Positions 11,401 through 24,314 of a stretch of 64,000 bases of DNA are shown piece by piece; positions within the stretch are counted from its first letter, which is position 1, and every line of letters starts with the position of its first letter. Made by a program: the position numbers and the translations under genes. Source of the DNA: Cetorhinus maximus (taxonomy: Eukaryota); assembly GCF_964194155.1 (NCBI RefSeq), contig NC_135901.1:30876001-30940000 (forward strand), written 5' to 3'. Under the pieces are notes generated by a model. The model was not told the DNA's origin and did no database searches. It saw only the letters and a list, made by a program, of their open reading frames with translations.

Positions 11401-12279
11401 TCCGACCATATAGAATCATTGAAGTACTCGAGCTGAAGTAATTGTGTGAGTTTAGTTTGGTGATAACACGGATCAAACACACACACACACACGTGTACCA
11501 GGCAGGCACCTCAATACTTGCGGGGAGGTGAGTGTGAGATTGACACATCAGCTCCTGAATGGACGGCAGGGTGGCAGGAAAACCTGGGGAGTGCAGCATG
11601 ATGATAAATCCCTTTTGGAATAAATATCGGACGGGCTGAGGGGTTTAAAGGTGAGAGAAGATATTAAAGAAGCGTTTGTACATGGAAAAGGTCCAGAGGG
11701 TGAGAAAAATCATGAAGGGACTAATGAGCAGGAGAGACAGATGATAACAGCTCAACTCACCCGCTCCACAGCTGCAACATACCCACTTTGTCCACATAGG
11801 TGCACCTGAAGGATTCACAGTGTGAGGTCTCTACAAAACCCCACGTTTCTGGTGCTGAGGGCCTCTGACAGTGTCCAGGGGTTCGATAGAAAACACGGTG
11901 ATGGGATTTCAAACACAGAACACCTTTCTCAACGCAGGGAAGTTTAAATCTGGTAAAATGTCTCTTTTCCAGCGGTGGCTCCTCAGGTCAGTGAGATCCC
12001 GAGATGGCGTCTGAGAGGATTTTCTAAACCAAATTTGGAGGTGACCCGATTTGCCCCCGTGCTCCTTTCCTGTTATTTACAGATTTCGCCGACTGTTCCC
12101 TCTGTTATCTTTTGCCTCCGATATTTCTTTCTGGTTTATTCATCTATCTCTGTCTGAGCTTCTGATACAGTTCTGGTCCCTTCATGCGAAATCTGAGCCC
12201 ATCAAATACAGAAACAAGACACAGGCAGTGTGATGGGAAATGTACAGAACTGGACCAGTTTTCTTCAATAGAGAAACTC

Positions 12280-12860
12280 TGCTGCCCGTCTCCCAACTCA
12301 CACTCAGTCCCGTTCACCTATCACCCCCTGTGCTCACTGACCGACACTGGCTCCCATTCAAGCAATGCCTCAATTTTAAAATTCTCCTCCTTGGGCCCAA
12401 TTTTACGTCTGTAAAAGTGAATGGGGTTTTGATTGAGCTAAATTCAGGCCGATTCTTTTCAAATCCCTCCACGGCCTCCTTTTTTTCAAATCACCACATG
12501 GTCACACACACTCTCCCCATCTCTGTAATCTTCTCCATCCCGACAGCCCTCCGAGATATCTGTGCTCCTCCAATTCTTGCCTCTTCAGTATCCCCAGTTT
12601 CAATTGCAGAGCCACTGGGGGCCGTGTCTTCAACTGCCTGGGCCCCACGCTCTGGAATTCCCTTCCTAAACCTCTCTGCCCCTCGATCTTTTTTGCTCCT
12701 TTAGGACATTCCTTAAAACCTACCTCTCTGACCAAGCTACTGGTCTTCTGAGCTAATATCTCTTTATGGGGCTCAGTGTCAACTTCTGTTTTGTAATCAA
12801 ACCTGTGAATCTCCCTGGGATGTTTAAAGGTGCTATATAAATGCAGGTTGTATTTGTTGT
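12280..12860 (+). mobile_element. L2-type LINE 3' fragment
   Basis: ITPVLTDRHWLP..FKILLL and APRLWNSLP motifs. Tail gctatataaatgcaggttg. Confidence 0.75.
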
Positions 12861-13604
12861 GGTGTTTGAATTATTTTCAGGGGACTCCGCTATTGTTAAG
12901 CAGTCAAACACTTTCTAGCTGTGTCCAGAGAGAGCTACAGGAAGGCTGTTGACTATAATTGGCCACGAAAGGCTTTGTTCCACGTTTAAATATACAGAGG
13001 AGTGGAGGCATTGTTATATCGGTCACTCAGAGCTGAACAGAAACCCGTCTCTTTAAATAGATACAGGGAAGAGGCTGAAATGAAATCTGTCCCTTTTAAC
13101 CTGCAGGAGGCTCAGATTCCCAGGCTGCAGAAGGAGTCCATTCGGCCCATCGTTCCCCTGCCATCTCTTTGAAGGGACTCTCTGATTCATCCAAGTGCTC
13201 TGCTCTGTCCCCGCAGCCCTACAAATTGTTGCCTTTCAAGTATTTACCATTTGGAAAGATACTATTGAATCTGCTTTCAGGCCAATCAGAACAACTCGCT
13301 GCATCAAAAAATAAAATCTCATCTCCCCTTCTGGCTCCTTTGCCAATTACCTTAGAGGGACTCACTTTCTGTTAAAGAGCCTGCCAACCCCTCTCACCCA
13401 CTTTCCTAAAGTGCAGAAATCTAATCATGAAAACTCCAGCAAAATCAAATATTTTACCAATAAAAGTTTATTAATGAAACAGAACATGGTTAGAAAAAAC
13501 AGAAAATTACTTGAAGATCAAAGACAACCAGAGTAAAATGATGTGCACAATGTTCTGGACCCAAATGGTTTCTCTTTAATTCATCTGTCCCCTGTTTGCT
13601 GCCC

Positions 13605-14215
13605 TCTTTGTGGAACACCTCCGCTCAGTCCACAAGCATGACCCTGACCTTCCAGTTGCTGCCATTATAATTCACCACCTTGCTCACATGCTCACATTTC
13701 TGTCCTCGGCCTGCTGCAATGTTCCCGAGAAGCCTAACACAAGCTGGACGAACAGCACCTCATCCTCCGATGAGGCACTTTACAGCCTCCTGGACTCAAC
13801 ATTGAGTTCAACAACTTCAGACTGTCAACTTGGTCCTCTGTTTTGATTCTTTTTTGCCAAGTGCCAGTCTGCATCTTGTTTTCATGTTTTTGCTTTCAGA
13901 CAGAGCTGTCCTTTATTCTGCCATTAACACTTACTCTGGACCAATGCTTACTACAACTGTTACCTCTCCCTTTGCCTTTTGTCCCATGATATTTTTGTCA
14001 TTTAATCTTGCCCGCCCTCTAACCAATCACTGACTTTCCCTCTTGTTCTATCTGACCCTCCCCTCTTTCTCCGAAGTATTAACCCCATCACATTTCCCCC
14101 TCTTCTTAGTTCTGAAGAAGAGTCATTTTGGACTCGAAAAGTTAGCTGTTTCTCCCTCTTCACAGATGTTGCCAGACCTGCTGAGTTTTCCTAAACTTCC
14201 TGTATTTATTTCAGA
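13605..14215 (+). mobile_element. Penelope-like element 3' fragment (paralog of 5520-6066)
   Basis: EHLRSVHKHDPDLPVA. Hammerhead motif at 14108-14147 (CTGAAGA-a-gagtc..gactc-GAAA). Terminal gatgttgccagacctgctgag. Confidence 0.85.
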
Positions 14216-14477
14216 TCTACCTGTCATGGTAGGAAAAACACTATTTACTGTCCAAGACAAAATAAATGTCCTTAATCAGCTTTTGTGGGTCATTTCAGTG
14301 GAAATGTGCACTCCCAGGCTCAAAGAGCATCAGCCACTGGAAACAAAGTCGTGAGACCGGCCAGTCCAGCAGAAAGAAACCCTCTGACCCTCCCACTTCA
14401 CCAAGTGTCAGAATGAACACGGTTCAGTCCTGGATGTGATTAACAGCAGCAATAACAGCAGAATCCAACTCCTGGAA

Positions 14478-15154
14478 TCACTTGTGAACTCGCTGGTGTC
14501 TTAGCCAGTGGGATGAATGAGTGAATCACCTCCCACACAGGGAGCAGGTGGATGGCCTCTGCCCAGTGTGAACTCGCTGGTGTTTTTGCAGGCTGGATAA
14601 ATGACTGGATCCCTTCCCACACTGAAAGCAGGTGAACGGCCTCTCCCCAGTGTGAACTCCCTTGTGTTTATGCAGGTCTGATGAATCACTGAATCCTTTA
14701 CCACGCTCAGAGCAGATGAACGGCCTCTCCCTGCTTTGAACTCGCTGGTGCGTCAGCAGGTTGGATGAGTGGGCGAATCCCTTTGCACACACAGAGCAGA
14801 TAAATGGCATCTTCTCCCCAATGTGAAATCGTTGGTGTGACTGCAGGCTGGATAACTGTCTGAATCTGTTCCCACACTCAGTGCAGGTGAATGGCCACTT
14901 CCCGGTGTGAACTCGCTGGTGCCTCTGCAGATGGGTGAACTGAGTGAAACCCTTCCCACAGTCAGGGCAGGTGAACGGCCTCTCCCCGGTGTGACTGCGT
15001 CGATGAGTTTCCAGCGAGATGGGGCTTTGAATCCCTTCCCACAGTCAGAACAGATGAACGGCCTCTCCCCGGTGTGACTGCACCGATAAGTTTCCAGCTT
15101 CGATGGGGAACAGAATCCCTTCCCACAGTCCCCACATTCCCACGGTTTCTCCAC
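14478..15154 (-). pseudogene. C2H2 ZNF pseudogene, about 8 fingers
   Basis: Start mutated to GTG ([10 protein letters not shown]), frameshifts, and TGA in the last finger (SLCGR*). Only the acceptor (15514-15516) and about 45 nt of intron remain upstream. Confidence 0.85.
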
Positions 15155-15876
15155 GGTGCTCGTGCCCTTGTGTCTCTCCAGGTCCGACAATCAGTTGAAG
15201 CCTTATCCACACACAGAACATGTATAAGTCTCTCCTCACTGTGAATGGTGATGTTTTTTCAGGCTGTGTAACTGGTCAAAGCTCTTTCCACAGTCAGTGC
15301 ACTGGACTCTCACTTGGGTGTGTGTGTCTCGGTGTTTTTCCAGTCACACTGAGGCTTAAAACCTTTTGAAGCAGGCAGAACAGACAAACATTTCCCCAGC
15401 TTGGTTCAAAGAACCAATGATATTCAGGTCCCATTTAATCAAATGAGTTTGGCAGATCTTGATGTGACGTTTGGTTTGAGATTTCTGTCTGCAAATCTTT
15501 CTCTTCTAATATCCTGTAAAGGGAGTTTACAAAAATCATCACTGTCAGTACAGGATAGATTACTAGTCCAGTGATATTACCAGAATGCCAGCATCACTCC
15601 CTGTATTTAGTTTAGATCTACCTGTAGTGGTAGAAAAAACTATTTACTATCCAGGATAAAACAAATGTCCTTCATCAGCTTTTGCAGATCATTTCAGTGG
15701 AAATGTACACTCCCAGGCTCAAAGAGCATCAGCCCACTGGAAGCAAAGTCGTGAGATTGGCCAGTCCAGCAGAAAGAAACCCTCCAACCTCCCACTTCAC
15801 CAAGTGTCAGAATGAACATGGTTCAGTCCTGGATGTGATTAACAGTGGCAATAACAGCAGAATCCAACCCCTGGAA

Positions 15877-17142
15877 TCACTTGTGAACTCGCTGGTGTCT
15901 TAGCCAGTGGGATGAATGAGTGAATCACCTCCCACACAGGGAGCAGGTGGATGGCCTCTGCCCAGTGTGAACTCGCTGGTGTTTTTGCAGGCTAGATAAA
16001 TGACTGGATCCCTTCCCACACTCAGAGCAGGTGAACAGTCTCTCCCTGGTGTGAAGTCGCCTGTGTTTCTGCAGGTTGGATGACTGAGTGAATCTCTTTC
16101 CACACACACAGCAGGTGAATGGTCTCTCCCCGGTGTGAACTCGCTGGTGTCGCAGCAGGTTGGATGAATCACTGAATCCCTTCCCACACTGAAAGCAGGT
16201 GAATGGCCTCTCCCCAGTGTGAACTCCCTTGTGTTTATGCAGGTCGGATGAATTACTGAATCTCTTCCCACATTCAGAGCAGGTGAATGGCCTCTCCCCA
16301 GTGTGAACTCGCTGGTGTGACTGCAGTGTGGATGAATTCCTGAATGTCGTCCCACATTCAGAGCAGGTGAACGGTCTCTCCCCTGTGTGAACTCGCTGGT
16401 GTGATTGCAGATTGGATAACTGAGTGAATCCTTTCCCACACTCGGAGCAGGTGAACAGCCTCTCCCCAGTGTGAACTCTCTGGTGTCACAGCAGGTTGAA
16501 TGAATCACTGAAACCCTTCCCACACTGGAAGCAGGTGAACAGTCTCTCCCGACCGTGAACTCCCTTGTGTGTCTGCAGGTCAGATGAATTACCGAATCCC
16601 TTCCCACATTCAGAGCAGGTGAACGGCCTCTCCCCAGTGTGAATTCGCTGGTGTGTCAGCAGGTTGGATGAGTGAGCGAATCCCTTTGCACACACAGAGC
16701 AGACGAATGGCATCTTCTCCCCAGTGTGAAATCGCTGGTGTGACTGCAGGCTGGATAACTGTCTGAATCTGTTGCCACACTCAGTGCAGGTGAATGGCCA
16801 CTTCCTGGTGAGAACTCGCTAGTGCCTCTGCAGGTGGGAGAACTGAGTGAAACCCTTCCCACTGTCAGGGCAGGTGAATGGCCTCTCCCCAGTGTGACTG
16901 CACCGATGAGTTTCCAGCTGAGATGGGGCTTTGAATCCCTTCCCACAGTCAGAACAGGTGAACGGCCTCTCCCCGGTCTGACTGCGTCGATGAGTTTCCA
17001 GCTGAGATGGGGCTTTGAATCCCTTCCCACAGTCAGAACAGATGAACGGCCTCTCCCCGGTGTGACTGCGCCGATGAGTTTCCAGCTTCGATGGGGAACA
17101 GAATCCCTTCCCACAGTCCCCACATTCCCACGGTTTATCCAT
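15877..17142 (-). pseudogene. C2H2 ZNF pseudogene, about 15 fingers (tandem paralog of 14478-15154)
   Basis: ATG at 17142 ([10 protein letters not shown]), TAG at 16819, and the same TGEKMP frameshift and SLCGR* end as its neighbour. Confidence 0.85.
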
Positions 17143-17580
17143 GGTGCTCGTGCCCTTGTGTCTCTCCATGTTCGACGGTCAGTTGAAGCCTTGTCCACAC
17201 ACAGAACATGTATAAGTCTCTCCTCACTGTGAATGGTGATGTTTTTTCAGGCTGTTTAACTGGTTAAAGCTCTTTCCACAGTCAGTGCACTGGAAACACT
17301 CTCACTTGGGTGTGTGTGTCTCTCGGTGTTTTTCCAGTCACACTGAGGCTTAAAACCTTTTGAAGCAGACAGAACAGACAAACATTTCCCCAGCTTGGTT
17401 CAATAGAACCAATGATATTCAGGTCCCATTTAATCAAATGAGTTTGGCAGATCTTGATGTGACGTTTGGTTTGAGATTTCTGTCTGCAAATCTTCCCCTT
17501 CTAATATCCTGTAAAGGGAGTTTACAAAAATCATCACTGTCAGTACAGGATAGAAATTCAGAGCAGGCAATTCTAATTTC

Positions 17581-19310
17581 TCATAGAGTCATAGAGGTCT
17601 ACAGCACAGAAAAAGGCCCTTTGGCCCATTGCGTCTGCGCCGGTCAAACAAGTACCTCACTATACTAATCCCATTTTCCAGCACTCGGCCCATAGCCTTG
17701 TATGCCATGGCATTGCAAGTGCACTCCAAATACTTCTTAAATGTTATGAGGGTTTCTGCCTCTACCACACTTTCAGGCAGTGAGTTCCAGATTCCCACCA
17801 CCCTCTGGGTGAAAAAATTCTTCCTCACATCCCCTCTAAACCACCTGCCTCTTACCTTAAATCTACGCCCCCTAGTTATTGATCCCTCCACCAAGGGGAA
17901 AGGTTCCTTCCTGTCTACCCTATCTATGCCCCTCATAATTTTATACACCTCAATCATGTCCCCCCTCAATCTCCTCTGCTCCAGAGAAAATAACCCCAGT
18001 TTATCCAATCTCTCCTCACAACTAAAACTCTCCAGCCCAGGCAACATCCTGGTCAATCTCTTCTGCACTCTCTCTCGTGCAATCGCATCCTTCCTACAAT
18101 GCAGATTCCAGAACTGCATGCAATACTCTAGCTGTGGCCTAACGTATAAAACACAGTTCCAGCATAACCTCCCTGCTCTTATATTCTCTGCCTCGGCTAA
18201 GAAAGGCAAGTATCCCATATGCCTTCTTACCCACCTTATCTACCTGTCCCGCGACCTTAAGGGACCGGTGGACATGCACACCAAGGTTCCTTTGATCTTT
18301 GGTACTTCCCAGGGTCCTACCACTCATCGTGTATTCCCATGCCTTGTTTGTCCTGCCCAAGTGCATCACCTCACACTTATCCGGATTAAATTCCATTTGC
18401 CACTGATCAGCCCATCTGACCAGCCCGTCTATATCCTCCTGTAATCTAAGGCTATCCTCCTCACTATTTAGCACCCCAACAATTTTTGTGTCATCCACGA
18501 ACTTACTGATCAACCCTCCTTCATTCAAGCCTAAATTGTTTATATATACCACAAACAGCAAGGGACCCAGCACCAATCCCTGTGGAACCCCACTGGACAC
18601 AGGTATCCAGTCACAAAAACACCCCTCAACCATCACCCTCTGCTTCCTGCCACTCAACCAATTCTGGATCCAATTTGCCTAATTGCCTTGGATCCCATGG
18701 GCTCTTACCTTCGTTATCAGTCCCCTGTGCGGTACCTTATCAAAAGCCTTGCTGAAGTCCAAGTAGACTATGCTTGCCCTCATCTACACACCTGGTCACC
18801 TCTTCGAAAAATTCAATCAAATTGGTCAGACATGACTTCCCCTTAATAAAACCATGCTGACTGTCCTTGATTAACCCCTGCCTCTCCAAGTGTGGATTAA
18901 TTCTGTCCCTCAGAATTGCTTCCAATAGTTTCCCCACCACTGAGGTTAGACTGACTGGCCTGTAGTTCCCTGGTTTATCCCTTCCTCCCTTCTTGAATAA
19001 TGGTACCCAATTGGCTGTCCTCCAGTCCTCTGGCACCTCTCCTGTGGCCAGAGAGGTATTGAAAATTATTGCCAGTGCCCTTGCTATCTCCTCCCTTGCC
19101 TCACTCAACAGCCTGGGATACATTTCATCCGGGCCTGGAGATTTATCTACTTTTAATCCTGTCAGGCCACTTAGAACCTCCTCCCTTTCAATGCTAATTT
19201 CTTCAATTACATCACCGTTCTTCTGCCTGATTTCCAAACTCACGTTGCCCCTCTCACTTGTGAACAATGACACAAAGTATACATTTAGAACCCTACCAAC
19301 ATCTTCCGGC
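17581..19310 (-). mobile_element. 5'-truncated CR1 LINE (RT region and 3' UTR) in a ZNF intron
   Basis: ORFs 18740-19369, 18139-18657 and 17589-18218 (KSPGPD, PGNYRPVSLTS, QHGF, GVPQG, KFVDDTK). Tail (ctctatga)2. CTCATAG at both ends (17580, 19310). Confidence 0.95.
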
Positions 19311-19779
19311 TCATAGCACACAGTACCTTCTCTCGTTCCCCAAAAGCTGCAAATCTCCACTCCACACACAGTCCCTGTATTCTCACTCTGCTACACTCTC
19401 TCCATTCTAAATCTAATCTACCCAGTATACGCCCAATCATACTGTACTTAAAAAGTACGGTACTCTATTACATGATTGGAGACACATGGGCTGTGAGCGA
19501 GAACTGTATTTCAGCAGCGAGTTGTGATGACCTGGAACTCACTGTGTACGAGGGTGGTGGAAGCAGAGATGATCAATGGTTTCAAAGTGAAATTGGAAAG
19601 ACACTCGAAGGAAATAAACTTGCACAGGAATGGGGATATAGAGGGGGAATGGGACTGACTGGATTGCTCCACAGAGTCGGCAGAGACTTGAGTTGCTGAA
19701 TTGACTCCTTCTGTGTCGTAATGAATAAATGACTAGAAATATACAACATAGTTACAGTACTATATTACAAAACTAGAAA

Positions 19780-20007
19780 TAGTCATTTGATAGTACAGAA
19801 CTTGAGTATTGCTGAGAAAAGAGACATGTTGAAGCTTTTTGTTTTGCATTCATCAGGACACTTTGCAAAAAGGGGAAAACAACAATTTATACTGTATGTG
19901 AAGAGAGTGCTGATTGGTTGGCAAGTGGACTCTGATTGGTAGAGATGTTCTTGCGATGTGTCCTGATGAGTGCAGGATGAAAAGCTTTGATGTGGCTCTT
20001 TTTTCAG
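19780..20007. mobile_element. 228-bp inverted-repeat insertion with two hammerhead-like motifs
   Basis: 12-bp direct repeat CAAAACTAGAAA at 19768 and 20008. Arms 19811-19861 and 19957-20008 are inverted. Right arm reads tgtc-CTGATGA-gtgcaggat-GAAA-agctt. Confidence 0.7.
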
Positions 20008-20118
20008 CAAAACTAGAAACAAGAATAAATGAACTTAATTACAGAACCATAAATAACATGCTAAAATGTCCCCCATCACAACATTAGACACATCTATGTT
20101 CTCTATTACTCTATTGTC

Positions 20119-20491
20119 CAGGGGGCAGAACTCTTAGGTAATTAAATAAGGGACACTTCAACCGTGGGGCCGGGGGATGCTGGTGACCATCAGAGAGGGT
20201 TGAGGGCGGGTGTTTGTGTTTCAATAAGAGCGGGGATGGGGAGGAGGGGTCTTGAGACAATAATGGTGAGAGTGGATAGAGTTTAAAATCAATTAAAACT
20301 TACAACTTATCTTGTTCAGTCACAACACCATCTCTCTCCTGGCCAACTCGCTCACTTACCGTCCCACTCGAATCACTCAAACTCACCCTGGAAACTCCCA
20401 GGATCAGGTTCCCACAGGTTGTCCTAGAAATACAGGACAGCAGGTAAAATCAGGAGCAATCCCTTAAAATACAGGACAGTAAATCACCCTG
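20119..20491. mobile_element. Non-autonomous DNA transposon, hAT-like
   Basis: CAGGG...CCCTG termini, repeated AAATACAGGACAG subterminal motif, imperfect 8-bp flanks (ctattgtc/aaattgtt). Absent from paralogous introns. Confidence 0.5.
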
Positions 20492-20749
20492 AAATTGTTC
20501 CCTTAAATGTCAGCCATCTCCTGGGGAAACCACCCCTTTAATTGTGAACATTAGGAAAGAGATCATCATTTTAGCCAGACAAATAAATGTGTCAAGCTGA
20601 GGGAGCAAAGGATATCAATGTCTTTAAGAGAGAGAGAGAGAGACCTGGGCAAACCTTTCCAGAGTCTGCACCCTCCCTGGATTCACTTCCTTTCCCTTCA
20701 GTTCCTGCAAGTCAACAATTTCCCCCCAGAATGAGAAAAGAAATGGAAA

Positions 20750-21213
20750 TTCCTCATAGATGTTGCCCAGAGGAGGAAGTTTCAGTCTGAAGCTCATTGT
20801 CCAACTTCCGCATTGTGACGTCCACAATGGAACCCTGCCTGAATCAGCCAATAGGAATCACTCTGCTCCGCTGTGATGACCACGGGTTCCAGTCTGCAGG
20901 CAAGGCGCGCGGACACGGGAGCCCCGCCCATCCATTGTTCCCCCTCCACCTCCTCGAGCCAAGGTTTCCAGACAACCGGCTGACGGCTCCGGACAGAGCG
21001 AGAAGCCGCTCGGAGACCTCGGGAGAGGGGAAGCTGCGCATGTGCGGGGGAGAGCCCGCCCCCTTCCCATCGTGCTGAAGGATTGACCAATGGGAAGAGT
21101 TCGAAGACCGGAAGGACTCTGGTCCTCCAGCCAATCAGAACGCGGGCTTTGTGTAAATGAAGATTGAGCTTCACACAGACTAAAATTTCCTCCTGTGTCC
21201 AACATCTGTGAGT
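20750..21213. promoter_or_regulatory. Bidirectional promoter module, type A (inverted relative to the 38.5 and 56.8 kb copies)
   Basis: CpG-rich core with CCAAT x3, TGACGTC, ACTTCCG (ETS-like) and TGCGCATGTGC. Plus donor GTGAGT at 21208. Minus donor mutated (ATGAGG, about 20752). Confidence 0.75.
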
Positions 21214-21296
21214 AAAACACTTTCTTTTCTCCCCCTTTCCGTTTCTTTTCTCATTCTGGGGGGAAATTGTTTACTTGCAGGAACTGAAGGGAAAGG

Positions 21297-23508
21297 AAAA
21301 ACAAAAACAGAATTACCTGGAAAAACTCAGCAGGTCTGGCAGCATCAGTAGAGAAGAAAAGAGTTGACGTTTCGAGTCCTCATGACCCTTCATTAGAACT
21401 GAGTATAGTTGGGAGAGGGGTGAAATATAAGCTGGTTTCAGGGGGGGGGGAGGGGAGAGAAGTTGAGGGTGGGGTGGTTGTAGGGACAAGCAAGCAGTGA
21501 TAGGTGGAGATAATCAAAAGATGTCACAGACAAAAGGATCAAAGAGGTGTTGAAGGTGGTGATATTATCTAAGAAAATGTGCTAATTAAGAATGGATGGC
21601 AGGACACTCAAGGTACAGCTCTAGTGGGGGTGGGGTGGAAAGATTGACAAAGTATTAGTTGTAGATTTAAAAATAATGGAAATAGGTGGGAAAAGAAAAA
21701 TCTATATAAATTATTGAAAAAAACAAAAGGGATGGGGAAGAAACGGGGTGGGGATGGGGGGCGGGAGTTTAAGATCTAAAGTTGTTGAATTCAATATTCA
21801 GCCCGGAAGGCTGTAAAGTGCCTAGTCGGAAGATGAGGTGCTGTTCCTTCAGTTTGCGTTGGGCTTCACTGGAACAATGCAGCAAGCCAAGGACAGACAT
21901 GTGGGCAAGAGAGCAGGGTGGAGTGTTAAAATGGCAAGCGACAGGGAGGTTTGGGTCTTTCTTGCGGACAGACCGCAGGTGTTCTGCAAATTGGTCGCCC
22001 AGTTTGCGTTTGGTCTCTCCAATGTAGAGGAGCCCGCATTGGGAGCAACGAATGCAGTAGACTAAGTTAGGGGAAATGCAAATGAAATGCTGTTTCACTT
22101 GAAAGGAGTGTTTGGGCCCTTGGACGGTGAGGAGAGAGGAAGTGAAGGGGCAGGTGTTGCATCTTCTGCGTGGGCATGGGGAGGTGCCATAGGTGGGGGT
22201 TGAGGAGTAGGGGGTGATGGAGGAGTGGACCAGGGTGTCCCGGAGGGAACGATCCCTACGGAATGCTGCCAGGGGGGGTGAAGGGAAGATGTGTTTGGTG
22301 GTGGCATCATGCTGGAGTTGGCAGAAATGGCGGAGGATGATCCTTCGAATGCGGAGGCTGGTGGGGTGGTGGCCCTCACGCCTTCTCCTCCCTCCCAGAA
22401 ACATGATAGGGTCCCCCTTGTCCTCACTTATCACCCCACCAGCCTCCGCATTCAAAGGGTCATCCTCCACCATTTCCGCCAACTCCAGCATGATGCCACC
22501 ACTAAACACATCTTCCCTTCACCCCCCCGGTGGCATTCCGTAGGGATCGTTCCCTCCGTGACACCCTGGTCCACTCCTCCATCACCCCCTACTCCTCCTC
22601 CCACGGCACCTCCCCATGCGAACGCAGAAGATGCAACACCTGCCTCTTCACTTCCTCTCTCCTCACCGTCCAAGGGCCCAAACACTCCTTTCAAGTGAAA
22701 CAGCATTTCACTTGCATTTCCCTCAACTTAGTCTACTGCATTCATTGCTCCCAATGTGGTTTCCTCTACATTGGAGAGACCAAACGCAGACTGGGTGACC
22801 GCTTTGCAGGACACCTTCGGTCTGTCTGCAAGCATGACCCAGACCTCCCTGTCGCTTGCCATTTCAACACTCCACCCTTCTCTCTTGCCCACATGTCTGT
22901 CCTTGGCTTGCTGCATTGTTCCAGTGAAGCTCAGCGCAAACTGGAGGAACAACACCTCATCTTCCGACTAGGCACTTTACAGCCTTCCGGACTGAATATT
23001 GAGTTCAACAATTTTAGATCTTGAACTCTCTCCTCCATCCCCACCCCCTTCCCGTTTCTTCCCCCTCCTTTTTGTTTTTTCCAATAATTTATATAGATTT
23101 TTTCTTTTCCCACCTATTTCCATTATTTTTAAATGTATTTCCACCATTGTTTATTTCTACCTTTTAGTATTCCCACACCCCCACTAGAGCTATCTGTACC
23201 TTATCTGTCCTGTCTTATACTCTTAATTAGCACATTCCTTTAGATAATATCACCACCTTCAACACCTCTTTGTCCTTTTGTCTGTGACAGCTTTTGGTTA
23301 TCTCCACCTATCACTGGCTGCTTGTCCCAACAAAACCACCCCCCCCCCCCCCGCCCTTAAACCAGCCTATATTTCACCCCTTTCCTAATTTTACTTAGTT
23401 CTGTTGAAGGGTCATGAGGACTCGAAACGTCAACTGTACTCTTCTCCGCCGATGCTGCCAGACCTGCTGAGTTTTTCCAGGTATTTCTGTTTCTGTTTTT
23501 GTTTTTTG
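21297..23508. mobile_element. Head-to-head inverted pair of Penelope-like 3' fragments (GIY-YIG endonuclease)
   Basis: ORFs 21769-22509(-) and 22530-23024(+) carry NLVYCIRCSQCGLLYIGETKR...GLNIEFNNF. Junction at about 22371. Hammerhead-like motifs at 21362-21400(-) and 23397-23435(+). Confidence 0.92.
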
Positions 23509-24314
23509 ACAGTAAATTAATATTGGGCAGAGATATGTCTAGTGTTGTTATATGATACATATTTTATTATTCATGGTCATCTAAACTTCATTCATAATTA
23601 TTTCTAATCTTGTAATATAGTAGTGTAGATACATAATGTGCCTCCATTCAAAGAGTCTTTGTGGCACAGAAGGAGTCCATTCAGCAACTTGAGCCAATGC
23701 TGACTCTGTGTAGAGCAATACAACCAGTAATCAGTGTCAAACAGAAAGCGATGAGTATGATTCTGTCAGTCAGGATGAATTAGTAACTTCAGGAGAATTG
23801 GGAGGGTGTATATAAGGTGAAGCAGTGTGAGAATGGAGGGAGAGCGTGGGTGGAGAGATTCACAACTTTTCGGCAATGACAGAAGGCAGAATGTTCCATA
23901 GAAACTAGAATTGTCGGTTCTAAAATGTTATCCTGTACTGACTTTGCAATTTCCTTTTACAGGATATCAGAAGGGGAGGATTTGCAGACAGAAATCTCAA
24001 ACCAAACATCACATCAAGATCTGACAGAGTCACACGGTTTAATGGGACCTGAATATCTTCGGCCTTTGAATCTAGAAGAAGCAATGTTTGTCTGTTCTGT
24101 CTGCTTCAGAAGATTTTAAACATCAGTGTGACTGGACAAGCACCGAGACCCACACACCCGAGTGACTGTTCCTGTGCACTGACTGTCAAGGAGCATTAAT
24201 CAGTTAAACAGACTTAATAGACATCACAATATAGAGAGACCGTAAAAGTGTTTTGATTGTGGACGAGGATTCAACTGATCGTGGAACCTGGAGAGACACA
24301 AGCACACCTGCACC

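Noticed and set aside
17629-18444. 271-aa plus-strand ORF
   Set aside because: Antisense shadow of the CR1 reverse transcriptase region.
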